A DNA stretch of 40,000 nucleotides from Marinobacterium sedimentorum (GCF_024267675.1 NZ_JALDYX010000007.1:142555-182554); one strand, 5' to 3'; shown: positions 8,945 through 18,839, counted from the first letter of the stretch. The notes: generated from the sequence alone by a model not told the origin. A program made the numbers and translations.

Positions 8945-10411
8945 TCAGTTGCACCAGGGATTGGGGTTATCACTGAGGCCAACGTACAAACTCTTCTGTT
9001 GCATGTACTCGAGCACGCCGAGTCGTCCCTTTTCGCGGCCCAGACCGCTCTCCTTGAAGCCGCCAAAAGGCGCCGAAATGGAGAACTTCTTGTAAGTGTT
9101 GATCCAGATGGTGCCGGCTTCCAGCAAGCGGCCAAAACGCCAGGCGCGGCGGAAATCCTCGCTCCAGATGCCGGCGGCCAGGCCGAATACGCTGTCGTTG
9201 GCCTGGGCCAGCAGATCCGCCTCATCGTCGAACTTCAGCACCACCAGTACAGGGCCGAAAATCTCGTCCTGGCAGACGCTGGCTCTATTGCTCAGGCCAC
9301 TGATGATGGTCGGCGGGTAGTAGCTGCCGCGGGCCAGATCGCCCTCGGTCAGGCGCGCGCCACCGCAGAGGATCTCGCCGCCCTGCGCCTTCGCCTGCTC
9401 GACGAAAGCGGCCACGGATTCCAGATGCGCCTCGCTGATCAGCGGGCCCATATGGGTGCCTGGCGCTTCCGGATGTCCGACCCGCAGGTTGCGTGTCAGC
9501 TCCAGCAGCCGATCCAGAAAGCGGCCATAAACGCTCGCATGGACAAACAGCCTTGAGCCCGCGATACAGGCCTGGCCGGAGGAGCTGAAGATGCCGTAGG
9601 CCACGCCCTTGGCGGCCAGCTCAAGATCCGCATCGTCGAAGACGATGGTCGGCGACTTGCCGCCCAGCTCCAGCGAGGTCGGAATCAGTTTCTCGGCGGC
9701 GACATGGGCCAGATGACGCCCGGTGCCGGTGCCGCCGGTAAAGGAGATCTTGCGCACCAGCGGATGGGCCGCCAGGGCTTCACCCACCACCGAGCCGCGA
9801 CCCGGCAATACACTCAGCAACCCCTTGGGCAGGCCGGCTTCCTCGAACAGCTCGGCCAGCGCCAGCGCCGCCAGCGGTGTGGCATCGGCGGGCTTGAGCA
9901 CTACCGCATTGCCGCCGGCCAGCGCCGGGGCTATCTTCTGCATCTCGCTGGCAATGGGCGAATTCCAGGGCGTGATGGCGGCAATCACGCCCAGCGGCTC
10001 ATGCACGCTCAGGGTCATGAACTCGCTCGAGCGCTGGGCCGGCAGCTGTTCATCCAGCGTCTCGCAGGCGGCGGCAAAATAGCGTGCCGTGGCGGCGGCG
10101 CTCATGACCAGGCCACGGGTTTCCGCCAGCGGCTTGCCGTTGTCACGGGTCTGCATGGCTGCCAGTTCGTCAACGCGCTGGGTGATCAGATCCGCCACGC
10201 GATACAGTACCGCGGCGCGCTCATGGGGCATGCTGTTGCGCCACTGGGGCGCCCGCCAGGCGCGCTCTGCTGCCTGCACGGCCTCTTCCACATCCTCGGC
10301 GCTGGCGGTGGCAATCTCGGCATTCAGGCTGCCATCGGCCGGGAAATAGGTCGCACGCACGGGGCCGCGTCCCAGTTTCCACTCACCTGCAATAAAAATA
10401 GGCTTGGTCAT
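8945..10411 (-). CDS. NAD(P)+-dependent aldehyde dehydrogenase
   Basis: ALDH catalytic motifs ELGGKSP (Glu) and GQACIAGSR (Cys). Length is 488 aa. Confidence 0.92.
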   Translation of the reverse strand: MTKPIFIAGEWKLGRGPVRATYFPADGSLNAEIATASAEDVEEAVQAAERAWRAPQWRNSMPHERAAVLYRVADLITQRVDELAAMQTRDNGKPLAETRGLVMSAAATARYFAAACETLDEQLPAQRSSEFMTLSVHEPLGVIAAITPWNSPIASEMQKIAPALAGGNAVVLKPADATPLAALALAELFEEAGLPKGLLSVLPGRGSVVGEALAAHPLVRKISFTGGTGTGRHLAHVAAEKLIPTSLELGGKSPTIVFDDADLELAAKGVAYGIFSSSGQACIAGSRLFVHASVYGRFLDRLLELTRNLRVGHPEAPGTHMGPLISEAHLESVAAFVEQAKAQGGEILCGGARLTEGDLARGSYYPPTIISGLSNRASVCQDEIFGPVLVVLKFDDEADLLAQANDSVFGLAAGIWSEDFRRAWRFGRLLEAGTIWINTYKKFSISAPFGGFKESGLGREKGRLGVLEYMQQKSLYVGLSDNPNPWCN

Positions 10412-10422
10412 GTCGATGCTCC

Positions 10423-11214
10423 TCAGATCAGCAGGGCCGAAGTACTGTGACGACAGGCGCGCACAACACTCAGCGCTGCCAGGGTCGAGGTTTTCGGGTT
10501 GCTCTCCAGCGGCAGGCCAGACAGCTCGATTTTCATTTCACCGAAACGGCCACGGGCGCGGATCAGATGCTGGTTGCGCTCGATGCCGGGGTCGGCCATC
10601 AGCTCGACCCGGGTGTCGTCCATGCCGACACCGGCCAGGGCGATGGTGGCCGCCACATTGGCATTGGCCGGAAACAGCAGTGCCGCTTCCCGGGCCGTGC
10701 CGCGGTAAAACACCCTGGGCTCGGTAATGCTGTCCAGATCGACCAGGGTTTCGGCCGGGCTGCCTTTCCAGCTTTTCGGGCTCTTGCGCGCGCAGTAGAC
10801 CACCTCGTCCAGGCCACCCTCTTTCGCCGCCGCCAGGCCATCGATACCGGCGATGGCGCCGGCCAGGGCATGGATGTGGGCCTTGCCCGCCACGGCAGCG
10901 CTTTGCAGCCGGTCCAGCAACGCGCTGTCGGCAAAGGCGCCGACCGAGATCACGCCCAGGTCCCAGCCCCGGCTCAGCACGGCTTCGGCATGTTCACGGA
11001 TCGCGCCCTGGCCGGCGCATTCAACCACCAGGTCCGGCGTGCCGTTGCAGGCGTCGATCTCGCTGATCACCTGTACGCCGGCTGCGACCTGCGGGCGGAC
11101 CTGTTCAACGCTGTCAGCCGGTACCACCAGCCAGTGCAACTTCAGCTCTTCCGGCAGCAGCGCGACCACTTCGCGGGCCATGGCGCCAAAACCGATCATC
11201 ATCAACTGTTTCAT
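10423..11214 (-). CDS. Aspartate dehydrogenase-domain protein (NadX-like NAD(P) amino-acid dehydrogenase)
   Basis: N-terminal Rossmann motif MMIGFGAMA. C-terminal NPKTSTLAALSVV segment is typical of the AspDH/DUF108 fold. GAGGAAA RBS lies before the ATG at 11214. Confidence 0.68.
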   Translation of the reverse strand: MKQLMMIGFGAMAREVVALLPEELKLHWLVVPADSVEQVRPQVAAGVQVISEIDACNGTPDLVVECAGQGAIREHAEAVLSRGWDLGVISVGAFADSALLDRLQSAAVAGKAHIHALAGAIAGIDGLAAAKEGGLDEVVYCARKSPKSWKGSPAETLVDLDSITEPRVFYRGTAREAALLFPANANVAATIALAGVGMDDTRVELMADPGIERNQHLIRARGRFGEMKIELSGLPLESNPKTSTLAALSVVRACRHSTSALLI

Positions 11215-11225
11215 GCAGGCTTTCC

Positions 11226-12020
11226 TCAAAGATGCCGGTTAAAGCCGCCGGACACATCCAGTGCCGCGCCTGTGGTGAAAGACGCCAGGGGCGATGCCAG
11301 GAACACCAGCGCACGGGCCGGCTCCTCGGGCTTGCCCAGGCGTCCCATGGGGATTCCACGCTTGGCCGCGATGGCGGCAATCCAGCTGTCCCAGTCCATC
11401 GACTTATCGCCGCGATCTTCAAAGCGACGGCGCCACTGACCCGATTCCACCATGCCCAGCAGAATGGAATTGACGCGAACGCCCTTGCCGGCGAATTCGT
11501 GGGCCAGCGAGTGACTCAGGTTCAGCAGCGCGGCCCGCGCCGCCGAGGTGGCGATCATGTGGGGCTCGGGCTGCAGCGCCAGCAGCGAGTTGACATTGGT
11601 GATGGAGGCGCAGTCGGAGGCTTCCAGCAGCGGCTGAAAGGCCCGCACCGGATTAATCACGCTGAACAGTTTCAGTTCGGCCTCGGCCAGCCAGTCGGCG
11701 TCGGCCGTTTGCGCAAAGGAGCTGACGCGTCCCTGGCCGGCATTGTTGATCAGAAGATCGGCGCCGCCGAAGGCTTCCCGCACCTGGGCCGCGAAGGCAT
11801 CGACCTGACGACGGTCGAGCACATCGCAGGCGAAGGTCAGTATCTCGCCCTGCTCGAACAGGTCCCGCATCCGGCGCTCGGATTCCGCCAGGCGCTCCGG
11901 GTTGCGGCCACACCAGGCGACTTTGGCACCTTCCTCAAGCAGAAGCCGGACGGTTTCCAGTCCGATGCCGGAGGATCCACCGGTCACCACAGCGACCTTG
12001 CCGGTTAGATTAAAGCTCAT
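11226..12020 (-). CDS. Short-chain dehydrogenase/reductase family protein with atypical active site
   Basis: TGGSSGIG and NNAG motifs are present. The expected S..Y-x3-K reads NVNS(x12)T-SAA-R, that is T-x3-R. GGAGG RBS lies before the ATG at 12020. Confidence 0.85.
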   Translation of the reverse strand: MSFNLTGKVAVVTGGSSGIGLETVRLLLEEGAKVAWCGRNPERLAESERRMRDLFEQGEILTFACDVLDRRQVDAFAAQVREAFGGADLLINNAGQGRVSSFAQTADADWLAEAELKLFSVINPVRAFQPLLEASDCASITNVNSLLALQPEPHMIATSAARAALLNLSHSLAHEFAGKGVRVNSILLGMVESGQWRRRFEDRGDKSMDWDSWIAAIAAKRGIPMGRLGKPEEPARALVFLASPLASFTTGAALDVSGGFNRHL

Positions 12021-12898
12021 TGTTCGCCTCCAGAAAAAGCGCTCTGGCCCAGACCCTGGGCGCAAGCCAGGCCCTGTGCGTAATCAGCGATGGCCGCGGC
12101 GAATGCCTCGGGCGCATCGATATAGCTGGCGTGACCGGCCTGGGGCAGTGCTACATAGCCTGCCTTGTTGCAGCCTACGGCCAGTGCCACCGCCGACGCC
12201 GGCGGGGTAATACTGTCTTCGTCGCCGCACAGCACCAGCAGCGGGCGCTGATAGTCCGGCAGGTAGCGCCAGATATCATCGTGCGCCAGCAGCCAGGACG
12301 CGGCGCTAAAGCCGGCCATATTCAGCCGTTGCATACCATCGGCCACCAGTGCCACCTTTTCAGCGCTCGCCTTGGGCGACAGCAGCGCCGGTGCGCGCTC
12401 CCGCGCCAGGCCCTCGGCCCCCAGGGCTTCGAGCATGGCCGGGCGCTTGCGAAAGATATCCTGCTGCGTGGCGGGGTCCGCCTGACCGTAGCCCTGCGCC
12501 GGATCGGCCAGCACCAGGCCCGACAGCCGGTCGCCATGCATACCGGCGAAGGCCGAGGCCTGGAGCGCACCCAGCGAGTGCCCGACCAGCAGCGGCTGCG
12601 CCAGCGCCAGCGCATCCACCAGCGCCAGCAGGGCCGCGGCATAGTCCATCGCCGTCGGGGTATCGGTGGCCAGCGCATCGCTGCCGCCGTAGCCCGGTGC
12701 ATCCCAGGCAATCACCCGGTACTGGGCGCTGAGGGATTCGAGCTGCTGGACCCAGGAGCCGGAACCCGAACTGATACCGTGCAACAGCAGCAGCACAGGC
12801 CCGGACCCTGCCTCGCGATACGCCAGGCGACGGCCGTTCACCGTCACCTGTTGCAGCGGGAAGCGATTCAGCTTGTCGATCAGTGCGGACCCGTTCAT
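12017..12898 (-). CDS. Alpha/beta-fold hydrolase (meta-cleavage-product hydrolase-like)
   Basis: HGISSGSGSW oxyanion region, nucleophile elbow GHSLGA, and a C-terminal CGDEDSITP / GHASYID Asp-His pair. The ATG at 12898 abuts the cupin stop. Confidence 0.85.
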   Translation of the reverse strand: MNGSALIDKLNRFPLQQVTVNGRRLAYREAGSGPVLLLLHGISSGSGSWVQQLESLSAQYRVIAWDAPGYGGSDALATDTPTAMDYAAALLALVDALALAQPLLVGHSLGALQASAFAGMHGDRLSGLVLADPAQGYGQADPATQQDIFRKRPAMLEALGAEGLARERAPALLSPKASAEKVALVADGMQRLNMAGFSAASWLLAHDDIWRYLPDYQRPLLVLCGDEDSITPPASAVALAVGCNKAGYVALPQAGHASYIDAPEAFAAAIADYAQGLACAQGLGQSAFSGGEQ

Positions 12899-12900
12899 GC

Positions 12901-13422
12901 TCAGCCCCGCTTGATCTGGGACAGTGGGTGATCCTGCGGGTAGGTCGGGATCTGCGGTTTGGACGTACCCAGCATCACGCACATCAGGGCGTCTTCCTGG
13001 CCCGGGTTGAACAGGCCGCGGTAGATGCCGGGCGGAATCGAGATCAGGTCGCGCTCACGCAACGTGGTCTCGAACCGCTCGCCATTGTGTTCAACGAACA
13101 GATTGATGGTGCCGCGCAGCATGAAGAACACTTCCTCGACATCATCATGCACGTGCAGCGGGCCTTCACACTGGGCAGGCAGCATCATGGTCGAAAAGGT
13201 GAAATTCTCGGCCTGCACGGCGTTGCTGTCCGCACTGACACCGGTGGCACCGGTGCCCATGTAGCGCATCTGGGCGCGGCGATACTTGGGATCGTAATCG
13301 GCCTGAAATTTCAGGGCGTCGAAATCGTAGGTGCGATCGCTAAAGCGGGCAATGCGGCCGCTGAGCCAGTCCCCCAGGGATGTGTCTTGCGGCTTTACCC
13401 AACCTTCGAATTTAAGCGTCAT
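12901..13422 (-). CDS. Cupin-domain protein (metal-binding, function unknown)
   Basis: Cupin motif 1 GPLHVHDDVEEVFFMLRG. Motif 2 is IPPGIYRGLFN, with Arg in place of the usual third His. Confidence 0.75.
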   Translation of the reverse strand: MTLKFEGWVKPQDTSLGDWLSGRIARFSDRTYDFDALKFQADYDPKYRRAQMRYMGTGATGVSADSNAVQAENFTFSTMMLPAQCEGPLHVHDDVEEVFFMLRGTINLFVEHNGERFETTLRERDLISIPPGIYRGLFNPGQEDALMCVMLGTSKPQIPTYPQDHPLSQIKRG

Positions 13423-13500
13423 GCCCGTATCCTCTCGCTATTTAACGGCAACAGTTACCCCTGCCCGCCCGGTTCAGGGCTGGCGGGACGGAAGTAAAAC

Positions 13501-14757
13501 TCAGTATTTTTTGATGAGTGGCAGCAGTACCAGGGAGCCGACAATGGCAATGACCACCAGGAACATGATGCCGTTATCGAAATCCCCGGTCTGGGTCACG
13601 ATATAGCCCATAAGCACCGGAGCCGCGGCACCGGCAAAATTGCCAAAGCCGTTGAAGACGCCACCGGCCGTGGCACTGACATTGTCCGGGCTGACCCGGG
13701 CCAGCAGGGCAAAGACTGATGCCACACCAAAACCCCAGCTCATGGCACTGATGGACATGGCCAGAATAGTCAGCATCGGACTTTCAACCAGAGGCACCGC
13801 GGCCATGGCGATGCCGGCCAGCAGCAGGCCGCCAAAGACCTGGGCGGCACGCTTGCCGGTTTTGTCCGACAGGAAGGCGCCGGCAATTTCACCGAACAGC
13901 ATGGCGATGAATGGCAGCGACGAGATGGAACCGAACTCTTTCAGGTTGATGCCCTTGGCTTCGATCAGGTAGCTCGGCAGCCAGCCATTAAGGCCCCAGA
14001 GGTAGGTTAGCAACGCCGTATTGAACAGGCAGACGGCCCAGAAAGCCCGCGCGCCAAACAGCACCTTGCAGTTGTCGACATGCTGCTGCCAGTCCATCTT
14101 CTTCTTGCCGGCGTTGAGCTCGGCGCCGGTTTTAAGTTGCACATCCCGCAGGCCCAGCACCACGACAACCACAACCAGCACCGTCAGCACAGCCATCACG
14201 AAGAAGGTCATCTGCCAGCCGTAGTTGGCCAGAACATAGGCGGTAATTGGAAAACCCAGGGCCGCGCCAATCGGCGTACCCAGCAGGAACATGGTCGATG
14301 CACGGGCAATCTGATGCGGGCTGTAGCACTGTTTGACGATGGTATAGGCCAGCGCGAACAGCGGACCTTCGGCGACACCCAGCAGCACCCGCAGCACCAG
14401 CAACTGCTCATAGCTCTTGACCATTCCCATCAGCGCCATCAGCAGGCCCCAGAGAACAACACAGGCAGTGAGGCATTTTTTGGGATTGACCAGATCGCCG
14501 GCCATGCTGAGGAAGATCGACGAGAATCCGTAGGCCAGCAGAAAACTGGTCATCAGCCAGCCCAGCTTGGTCTTGTCATCACCGATGCCCATCACCGCCT
14601 GGAAGGTCGGATCGGAAAAGAGCACTGCGATGCTGATCTTGTCGAAAAAGGCCAACACGACGCAAATCATCAGCACGCCGGATATCGACCAGTGTTTCAG
14701 ATTGGAGCCGGTTGTTGGCATGCTCGCAACGGCCATATCACCTTTCAAAGTTTGCAT
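13501..14757 (-). CDS. MFS transporter (anion:cation symporter/ACS-like)
   Basis: About 12 predicted hydrophobic helices. The loop 2-3 motif region MAGDLVNPKK is ACS-like. The start is uncertain: the ATG at 14736 has the better RBS (AAAGGTG). Confidence 0.88.
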   Translation of the reverse strand: MQTLKGDMAVASMPTTGSNLKHWSISGVLMICVVLAFFDKISIAVLFSDPTFQAVMGIGDDKTKLGWLMTSFLLAYGFSSIFLSMAGDLVNPKKCLTACVVLWGLLMALMGMVKSYEQLLVLRVLLGVAEGPLFALAYTIVKQCYSPHQIARASTMFLLGTPIGAALGFPITAYVLANYGWQMTFFVMAVLTVLVVVVVVLGLRDVQLKTGAELNAGKKKMDWQQHVDNCKVLFGARAFWAVCLFNTALLTYLWGLNGWLPSYLIEAKGINLKEFGSISSLPFIAMLFGEIAGAFLSDKTGKRAAQVFGGLLLAGIAMAAVPLVESPMLTILAMSISAMSWGFGVASVFALLARVSPDNVSATAGGVFNGFGNFAGAAAPVLMGYIVTQTGDFDNGIMFLVVIAIVGSLVLLPLIKKY

Positions 14758-14805
14758 ACTAGTACCTGTTTATTCTTATCGCGTTGTCATGCACAGCCCG
14801 GGGGC

Positions 14806-16047
14806 CTATCTGCGCGCTATCAGCCCATAAGGTTTTAGCGTCATGAGGTTCTGCGCAGGGTCCGCCAGTATCTCGGCCGGCAGCTTCATGCCCGCCTTGA
14901 TCCAGCGCTTGCCCAGCTTGATCAGTTTCGGGTCATTCACCGCAATCAGCGACTCCAGACGATCCTCGGCATCCAGGCGGATAAAGGACTGCTGATTGTC
15001 GCCGCAGACCCGGCGGATATCGGTGCCTTCACCGCTGCCGGCGGCTCCCAGGATCTGGATATTGCACTGATACTGATCTGACCAGAGCCAGGGCACATCC
15101 GCATAGGGCCTGTCCTGTCCCAGCAGGGAGAGCGCCGCCGAGATCGCCTGATTCTGAGCGTTGGCCCAGGACTGGATGCAGTACCCCAGCTCCGGATGAA
15201 TGGCGACATCGCCGGCAGCATAGATATCGGCATCGGACGTCTTGCCGCAGGCATCCACCACCAGCCCGGAGGTGGTATCAAGACCGGCTTCACGCCCCAG
15301 CTCAGAGGCGATCTCCGCACCAGCGCCGACCACCACGGCATCAAACAGACCGGCCACTGCGCCAGCGGCGGACACCCGCACAGCGCCATCAGCGGCGCCT
15401 GCCAGATCGATGGCGCCGCAACTGAGGCGCACATCGACACCCTGATCGCTGTGCAGCTGATACAGGAAGTCGGACACCTGCGGCGCCACGCTGCGGGCGC
15501 ACAGCCGCTCGCCGAGCTCAAACACCACCACATCCAGCCCTTGCTTGCGCGCCGTGGCAGCCACTTCCAGGCCGATCCAGCCGCCACCGATAATGGCCAG
15601 TCTGCGGCCCGGCAGCAGCTTTGCGCCCAGACGCGCTGCATCAGCGATGGTGCGCACCGTATGGACGCCGTCGATCTCGGCCCAGGCCTTGACCGGCACC
15701 CGGGCACGGCTGCCGGTGGTCAGCATCAGCTTGTCGTAGCTCAGCAGTTTGCCGCTGGCCAGGCGCACTTCCTTGCGCGTCCGATCAATCGCCACCGCCG
15801 TATCCGGCTTGTGCCACTCGATGTTCATCGCCTCGATGGCCTCGGTGGAAAACAGCTGGGTCGCTGCGGCATCCATCTGCCCGGCCAGCACCTGCTTGGA
15901 CAGCGGCGGGCGCTCGTAGAACACCGACTCTTCGTTGGAGACCAGTGCCAGCTCACCATCGAATCCGTTCTGGCGCAGTGTATGGGCAGCCCAGGCGCCG
16001 GCCTGGCCGGCACCGATGATCAGAATGCGGGAAATGCTGTTGGTCAT
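14806..16047 (-). CDS. FAD-dependent ferredoxin--NAD(P)+ reductase component of Rieske oxygenase
   Basis: Two dinucleotide folds, IIGAGQAGAWAA (FAD) and IIGGGWIGLEVAA (NAD). YAAGDVA motif. Length is 413 aa, typical of the glutathione-reductase-type reductases of class IIB/III oxygenases. Confidence 0.88.
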   Translation of the reverse strand: MTNSISRILIIGAGQAGAWAAHTLRQNGFDGELALVSNEESVFYERPPLSKQVLAGQMDAAATQLFSTEAIEAMNIEWHKPDTAVAIDRTRKEVRLASGKLLSYDKLMLTTGSRARVPVKAWAEIDGVHTVRTIADAARLGAKLLPGRRLAIIGGGWIGLEVAATARKQGLDVVVFELGERLCARSVAPQVSDFLYQLHSDQGVDVRLSCGAIDLAGAADGAVRVSAAGAVAGLFDAVVVGAGAEIASELGREAGLDTTSGLVVDACGKTSDADIYAAGDVAIHPELGYCIQSWANAQNQAISAALSLLGQDRPYADVPWLWSDQYQCNIQILGAAGSGEGTDIRRVCGDNQQSFIRLDAEDRLESLIAVNDPKLIKLGKRWIKAGMKLPAEILADPAQNLMTLKPYGLIARR

Positions 16048-16051
16048 GGGG

Positions 16052-16990
16052 TTAACCTCCGGTTACGACCTGGCGACGGGTATTGCCGTCGAGACCACCC
16101 TCCACGGCCCACTCGGTGAAGAGTTCCAGGCTGTGTTCGAGGGTACGGGGCTGCCACGCAGCGGTCAGGTAGTCGTCGTTGGTGTAGTACTCAAACGCCC
16201 CGCCGAGCGGGCTGTTCACGTACCAGAAATAGGCCGAGGAAATCGGGTGACGCCCGGGGCCTATGAAGGTGGACCACTGCTTGCGGTTCATCGCCATGCC
16301 GCCGCCGATCACCTCGTGGATATCACGCACGGTGAAGGCCACATGGTTGAGGCCGGCCGGCTTGTTTGGCACCCGCAGCAGGAAGAGATCGTGGTGATGC
16401 CCTTCCACGCTGGCACGCATGAAAACGCCCTTGCCGATATAGCGGTCTGACACCTGGAAGCCCAGTTTCTCGCGGTAGAAAGCCTCTACACCGTCGAGGT
16501 CTTCAACAAAGAACACCACATGGCCGATGCCGATCGGCCGAGCCCGGTCGTAGACGGGGCTGGGTGCATCGACGCGGCGGATATCGCCGTGCTGGTTGAT
16601 GCCAGGCACAATCAGTTCCACCGCTACCTGGGTCGACAACTGAAAACGCAGGCACATGCCGTTGGGGTCCAGACAGCTGACCGAATCCGCATCGCGGGCA
16701 AAGCCGGGGACATCGGCCAGGCGCTCGGCCAGGGCATCGAGATCGGATGCCTGCTCGACCGCCCAGACCAGAGTACGCAGCGTCGAACCGTCTTCAAAGG
16801 CGGGCGGCAGGCGCGAGTCGTGCTTGTCGTACAGGTAGAGGCGGCTCTGGTTCTGGGTGTGAAACAGAACCGCATCCTGCACATCGCTGATGCCGGGGGC
16901 GAGGCCAAAGTCGCTCAGAAACTGGCGGGCCTGTTCGATATCCTCGACGCCGAACCTTAACTCTTCGATACCCTTGATCTTCATAGTCAT
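16052..16990 (-). CDS. Two-domain VOC-family extradiol ring-cleavage dioxygenase
   Basis: Duplicated glyoxalase/VOC modules (ELRFGVEDIEQARQF..; IGHVVFFVEDLDGVEAFY..; LNHVAFTVRD). About 310 aa. The start is either of two adjacent ATGs (16990 or 16984). Confidence 0.8.
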   Translation of the reverse strand: MTMKIKGIEELRFGVEDIEQARQFLSDFGLAPGISDVQDAVLFHTQNQSRLYLYDKHDSRLPPAFEDGSTLRTLVWAVEQASDLDALAERLADVPGFARDADSVSCLDPNGMCLRFQLSTQVAVELIVPGINQHGDIRRVDAPSPVYDRARPIGIGHVVFFVEDLDGVEAFYREKLGFQVSDRYIGKGVFMRASVEGHHHDLFLLRVPNKPAGLNHVAFTVRDIHEVIGGGMAMNRKQWSTFIGPGRHPISSAYFWYVNSPLGGAFEYYTNDDYLTAAWQPRTLEHSLELFTEWAVEGGLDGNTRRQVVTGG

Positions 16991-17021
16991 CTCTCTATTA
17001 AGCTGCGTTCGTTGAGGGCGA

Positions 17022-17780
17022 TCAGTTGCAGACAAAGCCGCCATTGACCGGCAACGTCTGACCGGTCACAAAGCCCGCCAGATCCGACAGCAGGTAGAGC
17101 ACGCTGCCGGTAACATCCTCGGGCACCTGCTCGCGCGCGATGGCACGGCCGTTGATATAGTGTTCGTGACGTTCCCTGGGCACATAGGCCGTCGCCTCCA
17201 CCAGTGTCAGACCCGGACAGATGGTGTTGACGCAGATGTTCTGCTCGCCCAGCTCCCGCGCCATCGACCGGCTCATGGAAATAACGGCACCCTTGCTGGC
17301 GACATAGGCCATCAGCCGCGGTGCGCCCCAGAGCGCGGTATCGGAGGCGATATTGACGATCTTGCCGGCGCCGGACGCCGCCAGGTGCGGCACCATCGCC
17401 CGGCTCATCAGCCAGGTACCACGCACATTCACCGTCATCACGCGATCCCAGGTATCGATTTCCAGCTCACACATATCGGGGCCGCCGATACCGGTGGCGA
17501 TAGCGCCACAATTGACCAGACCATCAACCGCGCCCAGCCGCTGGGCGCAGAACTGCGCCACCGACTCGATGGACGCAGGGTCCGCCAGGTCCAGCCGCAC
17601 GGCAACCGCATCGAAGCCCTGCTCGGCCAGCGCGCCGGCTTCCTTCTCGACCAGCTCGTCGAGGATATCGGCCATCACCACCCGGGCACCGGCGGCACAG
17701 GCCGCCTGGGCGAAATCAAGCCCCAGCCCGCGCGCGGCACCGGTAATCAGCAGACGCTTGCCCTGCAGCAGGTTATGCAT
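17022..17780 (-). CDS. Classical SDR, cis-dihydrodiol dehydrogenase-like
   Basis: TGAARGLG cofactor motif, a catalytic Ser, and YVASK (Y-x3-K). It overlaps the oxygenase gene end by 8 nt. Confidence 0.9.
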   Translation of the reverse strand: MHNLLQGKRLLITGAARGLGLDFAQAACAAGARVVMADILDELVEKEAGALAEQGFDAVAVRLDLADPASIESVAQFCAQRLGAVDGLVNCGAIATGIGGPDMCELEIDTWDRVMTVNVRGTWLMSRAMVPHLAASGAGKIVNIASDTALWGAPRLMAYVASKGAVISMSRSMARELGEQNICVNTICPGLTLVEATAYVPRERHEHYINGRAIAREQVPEDVTGSVLYLLSDLAGFVTGQTLPVNGGFVCN

Positions 17781-18816
17781 CGGCTCCGGCCTCTTTGCAG
17801 GGCGCAGCCGCTTCGATCTGCGCCAGCTGCTGCTGGGCCATCTTTTTCATCAGGCGGCGCAGCCGTGACAGGCCCACATCGTGCTGATAAAGGAATTCAT
17901 GGTTGCGGGCATCCGGTGCCATCTGCTCGAGGATGATCTGATCCTGCACCAGCACATCCCAGTGCAGTTTTTCCAGCCGGTTGCGATACAGGAAACGCCA
18001 GGTGTCGCGCTGCCAGCCCTGCACCTGGCGGGCACGCCAGAAGAAGACGCGGGTGTTGTTTGCATCGATCGGAGTCGCCTGACCGACGATCCAGAATTCG
18101 CCACCGGGACCGAACTTCTGCTGATAGGGGATCGACAGACGCAGCCAGAAAGTACCGCTGTCGCCGAACTCGACCCAGTCGAAGTTGACGCCGCTCTGGC
18201 CGACCTTTTCGAACCTGAAGCCGTGCTCGGTATCAACCACGCGCATATCGGCGCTGCGCTCGCCCTCGGCCATGGAGTGGGAGCTGCCGTGCAGGTAGCT
18301 GCCGTGCATCGGGTCCATCACATTGTCGACGGCATAGCGATGGTTGCAGGCCCAGTCGGCGGTGCAGAGGAAGCTGCTCCAGTTGTCGCTTTCGAGCTGT
18401 TCGGGCAATACCAGGTCATCCGGCACACTGCTGGCATCGAGACCGAACCAGACAAAGACAGCGCCATGCTTTTCAATCACCGGGTAGGAGCGCACGCATT
18501 TGGTGCCGCTCATGGGGCAGTTACTGATGGCCGGCACATCGGCCACTTCGCCATCACCCCTGACCTCAACACCGTGGTACCAGCAGGCCACACGATCGCC
18601 CAGGTTCCAGCCCAGGGACAGGCGCGCGCCGCGGTGCGGGCAGCGGTCTTCCAGTGCATGCACCTGACCATCGCGGTCACGCCACAGCACTATATTGTCA
18701 CCCAGGCGGGTAATGCCCACCGGGCTGGTGGCCACTTCCCAGCTGGCCACCACGGGATACCAGCGGTTGCGCAGCCCAAGGTCCAGATAGCTTTCGATCG
18801 ATTGCTTGTCGTTCAT
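17773..18816 (-). CDS. Rieske non-haem-iron oxygenase, catalytic alpha subunit (alpha-only, phthalate/KshA/carbazole-type)
   Basis: Rieske cluster ligands CPHRGARLS..CWYHG. Mononuclear iron motif NVMDPMHGSYLH. No beta-subunit gene is present in the operon. Confidence 0.88.
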   Translation of the reverse strand: MNDKQSIESYLDLGLRNRWYPVVASWEVATSPVGITRLGDNIVLWRDRDGQVHALEDRCPHRGARLSLGWNLGDRVACWYHGVEVRGDGEVADVPAISNCPMSGTKCVRSYPVIEKHGAVFVWFGLDASSVPDDLVLPEQLESDNWSSFLCTADWACNHRYAVDNVMDPMHGSYLHGSSHSMAEGERSADMRVVDTEHGFRFEKVGQSGVNFDWVEFGDSGTFWLRLSIPYQQKFGPGGEFWIVGQATPIDANNTRVFFWRARQVQGWQRDTWRFLYRNRLEKLHWDVLVQDQIILEQMAPDARNHEFLYQHDVGLSRLRRLMKKMAQQQLAQIEAAAPCKEAGADA

Positions 18817-18839
18817 GGTAATCCCCTGTCCTGTTCTGC

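Noticed and set aside
13440-13500. A GC hairpin (CCCGCC..GGCGGG) between the MFS and cupin genes, considered as an internal terminator.
   Set aside because: The stem is short, there is no U-tract on the minus strand, and the operon continues with tight spacing.
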